64,000 nt of DNA from contig VBOG01000098.1 of NCBI GenBank assembly GCA_005877815.1, forward strand, positions 13,188 to 77,187. Direction: 5' to 3'. The stretch comes from Nitrospirota bacterium. Its GTDB lineage: Bacteria; Nitrospirota; Nitrospiria; Nitrospirales; NS-4. A program made the translations under genes and the position numbers. Below the pieces are notes generated by a model that had not been told where the DNA came from, searched no databases, and was given only the letters and a program-made list of their open reading frames with translations. Below, piece by piece: positions 51,808-61,740 of this stretch; within the stretch, counting starts at the first letter, position 1, and every line of letters begins with the position of its first letter.

Positions 51808-53244
51808 CTAGACGTTGGTTTCGATACCGGAGGGTCGCTTATCCAGCACGGTCGCGGCGGCGCGGGACAGCTCCGAGTCGGTGCCATGGTCGGCGGCGTA
51901 CAACCTGAACTGAAACAGGCGGGTGGGGAGATGGTCGAGAAATTCTTCCAATGGCTTTGTCGAGACTTCTTCTGTCGCGGGGTCGAAGACGAGCAGGGGC
52001 GTGCCTCGCGTGTCCTTCGGATCAGGCCTCGGGTCTTGCGGCGCCATGTCGACCTTGAACGCGAGGTGCGACAATCGAAGCGGTAGCTCCTTTCGGATTC
52101 GATCTTCATAGTACTCGCTGCTGGGGAAATCCATTCCCCGCCCTCTGCCGTCATCTTTGAGGATGGTGTTATAGGCCATCTTCCATTTCACATTCCGGTT
52201 GAGGATACGGGACCATTCCTCGCCGAGTTTCTTTTGTCTCGGATTCCTGGACTTGACCCACGCACGGACTTCCTCCAGCAGCGACCAGTCGGTCAGATGC
52301 AGATAGTCTTCCATTTTTTTCCGCGGATCGTCCTTGAAAAGAATGTCCATGGTCTCGCCGAAAATTTCCCTCAGGTGGATGTCGATCGCGCGCGTCGTAC
52401 GGTGATAGTACACGTTCGAGTACAGATACATCCGGGTGTTGAGAAACATCTGAAGCGCCGGCAGGCCGGTCTTGTGAATCGTGAAACCTTTCTCCGTGAT
52501 GATCGTGTAATGGATCAGCCGGCTGAGATCCACGGGACCGACGGCGACGCCGCACATGTAGGAGTCGCGAAGCACATAGTCCAGATTGTCGCCCGTGTAG
52601 CTTCCGGAGATGATGGGCTGCAGAAAATTGAGCCACGTGGGCACGCGCGAATTATCCTTGCTCTTGTCTTTCAAGATGAGGTGCGCGATCTGGTCGGGGT
52701 CGAGCGATTCTCCTTTCGCGAATGGCCCGCTCGGACTGCGTCGTATTTTCCGGATGAGCGGGCCCAAGTACTCCCGGATGATGACCTGGCCGAGCTTCTC
52801 ATGCGTGAGATGAAACCTCTTGAGAAAATTGTCATCGAAGAAATGGCAGAACGGGCCGTGGCCGATGTCATGGGCAAGGGCGGTGATCCTGAGGAGTTCT
52901 TCCACATAGTTGGCCGACGGGACATCCGCCGCGGCTTTTGCAAGAAATGGATAGAGATGCCTGGCGAAGCGCCCGGCGACATGCATCGCGCCGAGCGAAT
53001 GGACGAAGCGGCTGTGCTCGGCCGATGGATAGACCCATCGCGCGCTTTGAAGCTGGTAGATGTAACGCAGCCGTTGCATCCACGGCGAGTCAATGAGGTC
53101 ATTCTCGGTGGTCTCCGAAGGCCTCACGGCCTTCTCTCGGACAGCACCGAAGGGAACGGTAAACGTGATGTATTCATGGATGGGGTCTGCGATGAGCGCC
53201 GACCCCTCGTACTGCAAGGCGCCGAGTGAGACGGGAGTTTTCAC
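51808..53244 (-). CDS. HD-superfamily phosphohydrolase (SAMHD1/dNTPase-like)
   Basis: IADPIH, QRLRYIYQL..VYPSAEHSRFVHSLG, HDIGHGPF.H, DNLDYVLRD. Start moved to GTG 53244. Confidence 0.88.
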   Translation of the reverse strand: MKTPVSLGALQYEGSALIADPIHEYITFTVPFGAVREKAVRPSETTENDLIDSPWMQRLRYIYQLQSARWVYPSAEHSRFVHSLGAMHVAGRFARHLYPFLAKAAADVPSANYVEELLRITALAHDIGHGPFCHFFDDNFLKRFHLTHEKLGQVIIREYLGPLIRKIRRSPSGPFAKGESLDPDQIAHLILKDKSKDNSRVPTWLNFLQPIISGSYTGDNLDYVLRDSYMCGVAVGPVDLSRLIHYTIITEKGFTIHKTGLPALQMFLNTRMYLYSNVYYHRTTRAIDIHLREIFGETMDILFKDDPRKKMEDYLHLTDWSLLEEVRAWVKSRNPRQKKLGEEWSRILNRNVKWKMAYNTILKDDGRGRGMDFPSSEYYEDRIRKELPLRLSHLAFKVDMAPQDPRPDPKDTRGTPLLVFDPATEEVSTKPLEEFLDHLPTRLFQFRLYAADHGTDSELSRAAATVLDKRPSGIETNV

Positions 53245-53251
53245 CCGCAAA

Positions 53252-53280
53252 ATCCTAACATGATAAAAATGGGGGTGCAA
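53252..53280 (-). promoter_or_regulatory. Leaderless promoter for HD gene
   Basis: TTGCAC-N17-TAGGAT with extended TG; in-frame GTG 7 nt downstream. Confidence 0.6.
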
Positions 53281-53737
53281 GGCGATGGGGTTGTGCCTGA
53301 CGCTTCCGGAACCTGAGAATTCCGAGGTAGGCCAGCGGGAATGTGAGAATGGCGGCGATGAATCCCAGCAGCGTCGAACCGAGGACGAACGGCACGACGA
53401 ACGGTCGAAGCTGCTCCCATAACATGAGGATCGTGAAGTGATTCCAATCAATCACGGGCGGCTGGCCCTGCGGAATCAAGAGGAGGCCGACCCACATGCT
53501 CGCGCCGACGATCGGCAAGAACGTCCAGGGGTTATTGATGAAGGCACCCAGGAACAACGCGACGAAATTGAGACGAAACGCCCAAGCGCAGAAAAGCACC
53601 GTCAGTGTATGGAGGCCGTAGGTTGGTGAGAACGCGATGAACACGCCGACGGCGAAGGCCATGGCGGTTCGCTGTGGCGAGTCCCCCAGGTGCAGCACTT
53701 CGTAAACTTTCTCTTTGAGGCGGGCGCGCGACATCAT
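53255..53737 (-). CDS. DUF2062 family membrane protein
   Basis: SPQRTA.AFAVGVF.AFSP, FINNPWT, GS.LLG pattern. Confidence 0.85.
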   Translation of the reverse strand: MMSRARLKEKVYEVLHLGDSPQRTAMAFAVGVFIAFSPTYGLHTLTVLFCAWAFRLNFVALFLGAFINNPWTFLPIVGASMWVGLLLIPQGQPPVIDWNHFTILMLWEQLRPFVVPFVLGSTLLGFIAAILTFPLAYLGILRFRKRQAQPHRLAPPFLSC

Positions 53738-54783
53738 GTCAAGCGTGCCGGCGAGTACAGACGGTGTTCATAGCTTTTGACGCGGAGGGGGCGCGAGACG
53801 CCGTCTCGGCCGATTGCCATCAACCGATTCGCCTTCGTGATGATTCCAATATTTGTTGCCTGGACCCGTTGTCCGCGGATCAGCGCTTCCATCCGGGTTA
53901 CTTTCGAAACCGGCACCGTAAAAAGAAGCTCATAATCCTCACCACCAGGGAGCGCATATTCGAGCGCATTGCGCCGCCGCTGTTCGGCATAACGCGCAAG
54001 CGCCGAAGAGATGGGAATCCGACGGGTATCAATGAGAGCGCCCACGCCGCTTTCTTCACAGATGTGCCGGAGGTCACCCGCGAGACCATCGGAGAGATCA
54101 ATGGCGGCGCTGGCGATGCGGTTTTGGGCCAGGCATTGGGCTTCCTTGAGGCGCGGGTGGGGGGAGAGGTGGCGGCGAGTAAGGTAGCTGAGACCTTTCG
54201 CTGATCGATTCCCCTCATCGAATCGTTTCGGCCCCTCACGGAGGATTTCCAATCCCGCCCGCGCGTCTCCGAGACTGCCCGTCACATACACGTGGTCTCC
54301 CGGACGCGCTCCGCTCCGCCGGAGGATGTTCCGACTCGGTGCTTCGCCCAACACCGTGACGGCGAGGAACAAATCCTTCTTGGAGGCGGAGGTATCGCCC
54401 CCGACGACGATCGCTCCGACGTCCTGACATGCCGATTGGATTCCCCGGTAGAGGTTTTCGACGTCCCGAGGCGTCTGATGTCGGCTGAGTGCCATCGCGA
54501 CCAGAATAAACCGCGGCATGCCGCCCATCGCCGCAATGTCGCTAAAATTCACGGCGGCGGCCTTGTATCCCAGCTTGTCATACGAGGTATACGTCAGATC
54601 GAAATGAATGTGCTCGGCAAGCAGGTCAGTCGTGGCGAGCCATAGGTGGCCGCGCGTCTGTTTCAGGACCGCCGCATCATCGCCGATGCCAAGGAGGATG
54701 TGGCGAGAGGAGGCAAAGGGAGCGGCCGTGAGCCGCTCGAGCCGACGGATCAGGTCGAACTCGCCGAACCCATTGCCCGGCAT
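53734..54783 (-). CDS. thiL: Thiamine-monophosphate kinase
   Basis: EFDLI, GIGDDAAV, NFSDIAAMGG, GGDT, DLSDGL..DL, GGEDYELLFT. Confidence 0.96.
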   Translation of the reverse strand: MPGNGFGEFDLIRRLERLTAAPFASSRHILLGIGDDAAVLKQTRGHLWLATTDLLAEHIHFDLTYTSYDKLGYKAAAVNFSDIAAMGGMPRFILVAMALSRHQTPRDVENLYRGIQSACQDVGAIVVGGDTSASKKDLFLAVTVLGEAPSRNILRRSGARPGDHVYVTGSLGDARAGLEILREGPKRFDEGNRSAKGLSYLTRRHLSPHPRLKEAQCLAQNRIASAAIDLSDGLAGDLRHICEESGVGALIDTRRIPISSALARYAEQRRRNALEYALPGGEDYELLFTVPVSKVTRMEALIRGQRVQATNIGIITKANRLMAIGRDGVSRPLRVKSYEHRLYSPARLT

Positions 54784-57251
54784 CAGAGAGGGGGCAACGC
54801 GATTGGGACGGGGTGCTTGCCCGTGGCGCGCTTGAACTTCATCGCGGGTTTGAGCGGCTTCACCCGCTTGGTTGTGTCGGTATGGTGGCCACCAGGTGCA
54901 GGTCGCAACGCCGCCTTCAGGACATCGTCCATCGTATCGGCAAACACAAACGACATTCCCTTCAGTAAGTGTTTCGGAATGTCGGCCTGGTCCTTTTGGT
55001 TCCGTTGGGGAAGGATGACCGTCGACAGGCCGGCGCGCTTCGCCGCGAGTATTTTTTCCTTGAGCCCGCCGATCTGGAGCACGCGCCCTCTGAGCGTCAC
55101 CTCACCCGTCATTGCGATGTCGTGACGGACGGGGGTATTCGTAAAAGCGGAGGCCAGGGCCGTCGCCATCGTGATGCCTGCAGACGGCCCGTCTTTGGGA
55201 ATGGCGCCCGCCGGTACGTGAATGTGCACATCATGTTGGGCGAACATGTCCGGGTTGATTTTCAACCGCCGGTCTCGCGAGCGGATATAACTGAGCGCCG
55301 CGTGCGCGGATTCTTTCATCACGTCGCCAAGATGGCCGGTCAAGGTCAGGACGCCCTTGCCCTTCATCAGCGTCGCCTCGATGTGAATGATGTCGCCGCC
55401 TGATTCGGTCCAGGCGAGCCCCTTGGTCACGCCGATGAGATCCTTTTTCTCTTCGCTTTCGTTTTCGTATCGCGGCACGCCGAGATACTTCGGGATGAGG
55501 GCCGGCGTGATGGTGTAGACGCCGTCTTCTCCCTCGGCGATTTTTTTCACCACCTTCCGCATTACGTTGGCGATCTCTCGTTCGAGGTTGCGGACGCCCG
55601 CTTCGCGCGTGTATTCCGAGATGATCCGTTGGATGGTGGGTTCCGTAAACTTGACGTGTTTGTCGGTAATGCCGTGTTCGTCCAACTGCCGGGGGATCAG
55701 AAATCTTCGCGCAATGCCGAGCTTTTCCTCCTGGGAGTACCCCGGGATTTCGATGATCTCCATCCGATCGCGCAGTGCGGAGAGAATCGGATCCTTGAGA
55801 TTTGCCGTGGTGATAAACATCAGATCCGAGAGATCGAACGGTACGCCGAGGTAATGATCGCTGAACGCGTGGTTCTGTTCCGGATCGAGCACTTCCAGCA
55901 ATGCCGCGGAAGGATCGCCGCGGAAATCGGCGCCGACCTTGTCCACCTCATCCATCATGAACACCGGATTATTCGATCCGGCCTGCTTGAGTCCCTGGAT
56001 GATGCGGCCGGGTAAGGCGCCCACATACGTGCGCCGGTGGCCGCGGATCTCCGCCTCATCGCGGATGCCGCCGAGAGAAATTCTGACGAACTCTCGGCCG
56101 AGCGCCCGCGCGATGGATTTTCCGAGAGAGGTTTTCCCAACGCCCGGCGGGCCGACAAAGCACAGGATCGGCCCCTTCATCTTCTCCTTCATCTTACGGA
56201 CGGCGAGATATTCGAGGATGCGTTCCTTGACCTTCTCCAGGTCATAGTGATCTTCGTCGAGGACTTTGGCGGCCGCTTTGATGTCGAGGTTGTCTTTGGT
56301 CTTTTTACTCCACGGCAGTTCCACCATCCACTCCAGGTAGGTCCTGACCGTGGCGGCTTCAGCCGTATCGGGATGCATCTTTTCGAGCCGCTTAAGTTGC
56401 TTCTCCGTCTCCTTCAGCACCTTCTCGGGCATCTTGGCTTCCTTGACGGCCTTGCGGAACTCCGCGACCTCTTCGGCCCGTTCGTCCAATTCGCCGAGTT
56501 CCTTCTGGATCGCCTTGAGCTGCTCGCGCAGGAAGTACTCGCGCTGCGTCTTGTCCATTTCGCCCTTGGCTTCCGCCTGAATCTTTTGTTGCATGGACAG
56601 TACTTCAATTTCCCCGGCGATCAATTCACTGACCCGGCGAAGGCGAGCGACGGGATCTTCCATCTCCAGAATCTCTTGAGTGGACTCCACCTTGAGGCCG
56701 AGGTTCGAGACGGCCATGTCGGCCAACCGGCCGGGTTCCTGAAGACTTTCGATGACCACCATCACGTCAGGCATCAAAATCTTTCCGAGACTCACGAGCC
56801 TCTCGAGCTGCTCCTTGACGGTCCGCAGCAGGGCTTCGCCCTCAAGCGATGCGGTCTGGGATTTTGTTTCGGTGATGGTTTCGATGCAGACTTCAAAATG
56901 CGGTTCGGTCTGAACGAAAGCCTCGATCCTGGCTTTCGTCAAACCCTGGACGAGAATCTTGATACGGTCATCCGGAAGTTTCAGCATTCGCATCACCATG
57001 CCGACGGTGCCGACGGTATGGATGTCCTGCGGTGTGGGGTTCTCGACTTCGAGCGACCGCTGGGCGGCGAGCATGATGATCCGATTGCCGGCCAGAGCGG
57101 CTTCGATGGCTTTGATCGACATGTCTCGCCCCACGAAGAGCGGCAAGACCATATAGGGGAACATGACGATGTCCCGGATGGGCAGCAGGGGGAGGCGATC
57201 CGGAATTTCGACAGGAGGAGCTTCTGCAGGAGATTGTTCAGCCATGATCAC
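54783..57251 (-). CDS. lon: ATP-dependent protease La
   Basis: LPLLPIRD, DHYDLEKVKERILE, GPPGVGKT, HRRTYVGA, PKDGPSAG, GGLKEK. Confidence 0.98.
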   Translation of the reverse strand: MIMAEQSPAEAPPVEIPDRLPLLPIRDIVMFPYMVLPLFVGRDMSIKAIEAALAGNRIIMLAAQRSLEVENPTPQDIHTVGTVGMVMRMLKLPDDRIKILVQGLTKARIEAFVQTEPHFEVCIETITETKSQTASLEGEALLRTVKEQLERLVSLGKILMPDVMVVIESLQEPGRLADMAVSNLGLKVESTQEILEMEDPVARLRRVSELIAGEIEVLSMQQKIQAEAKGEMDKTQREYFLREQLKAIQKELGELDERAEEVAEFRKAVKEAKMPEKVLKETEKQLKRLEKMHPDTAEAATVRTYLEWMVELPWSKKTKDNLDIKAAAKVLDEDHYDLEKVKERILEYLAVRKMKEKMKGPILCFVGPPGVGKTSLGKSIARALGREFVRISLGGIRDEAEIRGHRRTYVGALPGRIIQGLKQAGSNNPVFMMDEVDKVGADFRGDPSAALLEVLDPEQNHAFSDHYLGVPFDLSDLMFITTANLKDPILSALRDRMEIIEIPGYSQEEKLGIARRFLIPRQLDEHGITDKHVKFTEPTIQRIISEYTREAGVRNLEREIANVMRKVVKKIAEGEDGVYTITPALIPKYLGVPRYENESEEKKDLIGVTKGLAWTESGGDIIHIEATLMKGKGVLTLTGHLGDVMKESAHAALSYIRSRDRRLKINPDMFAQHDVHIHVPAGAIPKDGPSAGITMATALASAFTNTPVRHDIAMTGEVTLRGRVLQIGGLKEKILAAKRAGLSTVILPQRNQKDQADIPKHLLKGMSFVFADTMDDVLKAALRPAPGGHHTDTTKRVKPLKPAMKFKRATGKHPVPIALPPL

Positions 57252-57258
57252 TCTTTCG

Positions 57259-58128
57259 TTACAGCGACAGCGTCTTGAGGTATCGCGCGAAGCGGGCGCC
57301 GACTTCCGGGTGCTTCAAGCCGAATTCCACGGTCGCTTTGAGGAATCCAAGTTTGTCTCCGGCGTCGTATCGTTTGCCTTGGATCAGATACGCATACATG
57401 GGGGAAGAGTGCGCGACAGTCCGCAAGGCGTCTGTCAATTGAATTTCCTGGTTTTTGCCGGGCGGCGTTTTCTCGAGCGCCGGAAAAATATCCGGCGTCA
57501 GGATGTAGCGTCCGATCACCGCGAGCCGGGAGGGCGCTTCATTGCGAGCAGGTTTTTCGACCAGATCCGTCACCCGAAACAGACCGGGCCCGACGGGTTC
57601 GGGTGCGATGATGCCGTACTGCGAGACGTCATCCGGTTCGACTTCCTGAACTCCAATGATCGGCGCATGCAGCCGCTCGTACAATTCGATCAACTGTCCG
57701 ATGGCCGGCACCTCGGAGTCAATAATCTCGTCACCCAGCATGACGGCAAACGGTTCATTGGCAACGAGATGCCGAGCGCAGAGGATGGCATGCCCCAATC
57801 CTCTCGCATGCCGCTGCCGGACATAGCAGAAGTTCGCCATCTCGGAGATCCGGCGCACGTCATTGAAAAGCTTGTCCTTCTTGTTTTCCTTGAGATTTTC
57901 TTCGAGCTCAAACGAGAAATCGAAGTGGTCTTCGATGGCGCGTTTTCCCCTACCCGTGATGACGATGATGTCCCGGATGCCGGCCGAGACTGTTTCTTCC
58001 ACCGTATGCTGAATGAGGGGTTTGTCGACCAGCGGAAGCATCTCTTTCGGAGACGCCTTGGTGACGGGAAGAAAACGGGTACCGAGGCCCGCGGCCGGAA
58101 TAATGGCTTTCACGACCGTGGCCGACAT
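57259..58128 (-). CDS. galU: UTP-glucose-1-phosphate uridylyltransferase
   Basis: IPAAGLGTRFLP.TK..PKEML, GLGHAI, VEKP, EIQLTDAL. Confidence 0.97.
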   Translation of the reverse strand: MSATVVKAIIPAAGLGTRFLPVTKASPKEMLPLVDKPLIQHTVEETVSAGIRDIIVITGRGKRAIEDHFDFSFELEENLKENKKDKLFNDVRRISEMANFCYVRQRHARGLGHAILCARHLVANEPFAVMLGDEIIDSEVPAIGQLIELYERLHAPIIGVQEVEPDDVSQYGIIAPEPVGPGLFRVTDLVEKPARNEAPSRLAVIGRYILTPDIFPALEKTPPGKNQEIQLTDALRTVAHSSPMYAYLIQGKRYDAGDKLGFLKATVEFGLKHPEVGARFARYLKTLSL

Positions 58129-58136
58129 AATACGCG

Positions 58137-58166
58137 ATTCTACGGTTGCCTTTCACTCAAAGTCAA
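58137..58166 (-). promoter_or_regulatory. Near-leaderless promoter for galU-lon-thiL operon
   Basis: TTGACT-N18-TAGAAT; ATG 8 nt downstream, no SD. Confidence 0.65.
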
Positions 58167-58200
58167 GACAACCGGAGAAGCCATAGAGCGCCTTTTTCGC

Positions 58201-58229
58201 TTTACTTCCGAAGGGGTGATCTGTACAAT
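58201..58229 (+). promoter_or_regulatory. Promoter for bamA operon
   Basis: TTTACT-N17-TACAAT. Confidence 0.55.
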
Positions 58230-58288
58230 TTCCTCGATTTTGCGGCATGTTTCGCCGGCTTGCGGTATTGCGCCGGAGGCGATGATGC

Positions 58289-60694
58289 GTGACCGATGGG
58301 AGGTGGGATGCGGGAGACTCGTTTCTGAAAATCACCGGCATCTCAGATCGCTCTCGCCTTCCTCTTTCATACGTACTAGTACTTGCTTTCTCGGCAGTCT
58401 TCGCCGGACCGCACGGCGGTGCGACCGAAGCTGCCGTGCAGGAAGCCGGGCAACAAATTAAATCCATTAAAATCCAGGGCAACAAGCGCATCGAAGTGCC
58501 GGCTATTCGCGGCCGCATTGCTCTTAAGGAAGGGGACACATTCTCGCAGGAAGCCATCCGCACCCAGATCCGCGCGGTCTATCAAATGGGCTTTTTCGAG
58601 GATGTACGAGTGGAGACCGAACCGGTCCCGGGAGGGGTCGCGGTGGTGTTTGCGGTCACGGAGAAGCCGTTCATCACCAAAATCCTTTTCGACGGCAATG
58701 ACAAGATCGGCGAGGAGAAGCTCAGGGAAAAGATGACAGTGCGTAACCAGTCGTTCCTCGATCAGCAGCAGGTGAAGGACAGCGTTGAGCGGTTGCGCCT
58801 GGTCTATGAGGAAGATGGCTACTACAACGCGCGGATTATTCCGGTCATCAAGACCCTGGACGAGGAACGAAAATCACTGAGCTTCTTTATTCAAGAGGGG
58901 CCGCGCGCCCGCGTCAAGACCGTCGCGTTCGACGGCGCCAAGGCGATTCCGAAGAAAAAACTGAAGAAGCCCTTGTTTACGAGGGAGTATTCCTGGCTCT
59001 TCTCCTGGTTCGACGACTCAGGGATTTACAAGAAGGATGAGATCACCAACGATGTTGAACGAGTCCGGCAGGCCTACCTGGATGAGGGATATCTCAATGT
59101 CCAGGTCGGCACGCCGACCGTGGATCTCAGTGAGGACAAGAAGTGGTTCACCATCCGTTTTCCCGTTATTGAGGGGCCGCGGTTCAAGCTCGCCAAGATC
59201 GGATACAAGGGACAGACGGTCTTTTCCGAGGAAGAGCTCCAGAGCGGCACCAAGCTCAAAGAAGGGAACGTCATGCGGATGGCGGAGGTCCGCGACAACG
59301 TCACGCGGGTGACGGATCTCTACGGCGTGAAGGGGTATGCGTTTGCTGATGTCAATCCGCAAATCGTTCCCGATCAGGAGGCGAAGACTGCGTCGGTGAC
59401 GTTTGAGATCACTGAAGGGGCGCTCATCCATGTGCGGAACATCAATATCTCCGGCAACGAAAAAACGCGCGACAAGGTCATCCGGCGCGAACTCCGTTTG
59501 AATGAGGCGGAATTGATCGATACGGCCGCCTTGAAACGGAGCTTCCAGCGACTGAACAACCTGAACTATTTTGAAACTGTGGAGATCATTCCGAAACAGC
59601 TCGACACCAATACCGTGGATCTCGATGTCAAAGTGAAGGAGAAGTCCACCGGGACCTTCAGCGTCGGCGGAGGTTTCAGCTCCTTGGACCAATTGTCGTT
59701 GGTCGCGGATGTGACGGAAGGCAACCTCTTTGGCCGCGGCCAGTTGTTGAAGATCCGCGGCCAGCTCGGTCAGCGACGATCGTTGGGGGTCATCACATTC
59801 CGGGAGCCGTACCTGCTGGACCAGGCACTCTCCGGGCAAGTCGATCTGTATGCGCGTGAAACTTTTTTCTTTAACTATTTCGAGCGACGGATCGGTGCCG
59901 ATCTCGTACTGGGTAAATGGTTTTCAGAGTACTTGAGCGGGAGCGCGAGCCTGCTTCGGGAACGCCTGACCCTTAGCAATTCGGCGCCGACCGGATTTTT
60001 CCTCGGCGGTGGCGGGACGTCGACGGTGACGCCGGTCACCGATCTGCCGCTCCTGATCCAACAGCAAATAGGGACTTCGACCACTCAGGCGATTGTATTG
60101 GGCCTCGCCAGGGACACCCGCGACTTCTATTTCGACCCGAAGTCCGGCGCTCGACACGGTATCACCGCAGAGTTCGCCGGCAGCGTCCTGGGCGGCGACA
60201 ACTACTTTTACAAGGTGATCGGCGATAGCGCCCAATACTATCCGATGATGTGGGATACTGTGTTTGCGCCTCGCGTGCGGATCGGGGTGGCCCATAGCTA
60301 TCGCGCAGGAGACCCCTTGCCGGTCGGCGAGCGATTCTTCGTCGGCGGCATTCAAACCCTGCGGGGATTCAGCTTCGGGAGAGGCGGACCGGTCGCGCCG
60401 GATCAGAGCATTCTCGGGGCCACCAAAGAGCTGCTGTTCAATTTCGATTTTCTTTTCCCGTTAGTGCCTGAGGTGAAGGTTAAAGGGGTGGTCTTTTTCG
60501 ATTATGGCAAGGGCTTCAATGACGGAGAAGCGCTGGGGTTGAATCTGCGGCCAGCGGCTGGCGCCGGCATTCGGTGGATCTCGCCGTTCGGCCCGCTGCG
60601 CCTTGAGTATGGGCTCAATCTCGACCGGAAGTCGGTGAACGGCGCGCGAGAGAAATCCGGACTGTTTGAGTTCTCGGTCGGCTCGTTATTTTAA
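58289..60694 (+). CDS. bamA: Outer membrane protein assembly factor BamA
   Basis: Five POTRA repeats, GN.KTRDKVIRRE, LRGF, SPFGPLRL, C-terminal F. Exact start uncertain. Confidence 0.95.
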   Translation: MTDGRWDAGDSFLKITGISDRSRLPLSYVLVLAFSAVFAGPHGGATEAAVQEAGQQIKSIKIQGNKRIEVPAIRGRIALKEGDTFSQEAIRTQIRAVYQMGFFEDVRVETEPVPGGVAVVFAVTEKPFITKILFDGNDKIGEEKLREKMTVRNQSFLDQQQVKDSVERLRLVYEEDGYYNARIIPVIKTLDEERKSLSFFIQEGPRARVKTVAFDGAKAIPKKKLKKPLFTREYSWLFSWFDDSGIYKKDEITNDVERVRQAYLDEGYLNVQVGTPTVDLSEDKKWFTIRFPVIEGPRFKLAKIGYKGQTVFSEEELQSGTKLKEGNVMRMAEVRDNVTRVTDLYGVKGYAFADVNPQIVPDQEAKTASVTFEITEGALIHVRNINISGNEKTRDKVIRRELRLNEAELIDTAALKRSFQRLNNLNYFETVEIIPKQLDTNTVDLDVKVKEKSTGTFSVGGGFSSLDQLSLVADVTEGNLFGRGQLLKIRGQLGQRRSLGVITFREPYLLDQALSGQVDLYARETFFFNYFERRIGADLVLGKWFSEYLSGSASLLRERLTLSNSAPTGFFLGGGGTSTVTPVTDLPLLIQQQIGTSTTQAIVLGLARDTRDFYFDPKSGARHGITAEFAGSVLGGDNYFYKVIGDSAQYYPMMWDTVFAPRVRIGVAHSYRAGDPLPVGERFFVGGIQTLRGFSFGRGGPVAPDQSILGATKELLFNFDFLFPLVPEVKVKGVVFFDYGKGFNDGEALGLNLRPAAGAGIRWISPFGPLRLEYGLNLDRKSVNGAREKSGLFEFSVGSLF

Positions 60695-60718
60695 GGCAGG
60701 TAGGAGAAAGGAACGGAT

Positions 60719-61252
60719 ATGAAGAATCGGTGGAAGGTGCTCATTGCCGCCATGGGGCTCGCGCTGGTCACAGCCGCGCCCGCGACCGCTGAGTTGAAGA
60801 TCGGTGTCATCGAGCCTCAAAAGGTGTTGGACAACACGGGCCGCGGCAAGAAGATCAAGGATACGCTCCAGGAATACGTCAAGAGCCGCCAACGCATCAT
60901 TGACCTGGAAGAGGAAGAGTTGAAGAAAATGGAGGAGGACCTGGTCAAGCAAGGCGCGGTCCTCAGTCCGGAGGCCAAGAAAGACAAGGAAGAATCCTTC
61001 CGCCGGCGTATGATGGAATACCAGCGGAAGGTCCAGCAGTTGAACGGCGAAGTCCAGGGCAAGAAGAAGGAAGCGCTGGACGAATTTAATAAGAGTCTGG
61101 AACAGATCATCAAGGGCATCGCCGACAAGGAGAAAATCAGTCTCGTGGTCGAAAAGGGCGACAACGGCGCCGGCGCACTGGTGATCTACAGCAACCCTTC
61201 CCTCGATCTCACGGACCGCGTGATCAAGGAATTGGACAAGGCGGCAAAGTGA
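60719..61252 (+). CDS. skp: Periplasmic chaperone Skp/OmpH
   Basis: Signal peptide, KIGVI, coiled arms, DLTDRVIK. Confidence 0.92.
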   Translation: MKNRWKVLIAAMGLALVTAAPATAELKIGVIEPQKVLDNTGRGKKIKDTLQEYVKSRQRIIDLEEEELKKMEEDLVKQGAVLSPEAKKDKEESFRRRMMEYQRKVQQLNGEVQGKKKEALDEFNKSLEQIIKGIADKEKISLVVEKGDNGAGALVIYSNPSLDLTDRVIKELDKAAK

Positions 61253-61740
61253 GCCAGGACATCAATCACGCCGTGCGACTGAGCAGTATCGACATCCAGG
61301 CGATTCTTCCCCATCGCTACCCGTTTCTTCTGGTCGATCGGATCGAAGAATTGGAGATTGGCAAGCGCATTGTCGGCCTCAAGAACGTCACGATCAACGA
61401 ACCGTTTTTTCAAGGCCATTTCCCGGGCCGCCCCATCATGCCGGGCGTTCTGATCATCGAAGCGATGGCGCAGGTCGGAGGCGTGCTCGCATTCAAATCG
61501 GCGAAATCCGCGAAGGATGGAGGAACGAACCTTGTGTATTTCATGGGCATTGATAAAGCCAAATTTAGAAAGCCCGTGGAGCCCGGTGACCAGCTTCGGT
61601 TTGTCGTGGATGTCTTGCGGGCGCGCCATCCGTACTGGAAGATGAGAGGGGAGGCGTATGTTGAAAAGAGTTTGGTCTGCGAAGCCGAATTGATGGCGAT
61701 GATCACCGACGGGAGTTCAACAGCGGAGATCGAACCATGA
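61249..61740 (+). CDS. fabZ: 3-hydroxyacyl-ACP dehydratase
   Basis: LPHRYPFLLVDRI, FFQGHFPG.PIMPGVL..EAMAQ. Confidence 0.97.
   Translation: MSQDINHAVRLSSIDIQAILPHRYPFLLVDRIEELEIGKRIVGLKNVTINEPFFQGHFPGRPIMPGVLIIEAMAQVGGVLAFKSAKSAKDGGTNLVYFMGIDKAKFRKPVEPGDQLRFVVDVLRARHPYWKMRGEAYVEKSLVCEAELMAMITDGSSTAEIEP

Noticed and set aside
53245-53451. Long N-terminal extension of the HD ORF
   Set aside because: Overlaps DUF2062 in another frame and lies upstream of a good promoter pointing to GTG 53244.
56037-58461. 413-aa and 432-aa plus-strand ORFs
   Set aside because: Antisense shadows of lon and galU. The end of the second (ATG 58281 after GGAGG) could be a bamA uORF, but I have no independent support.
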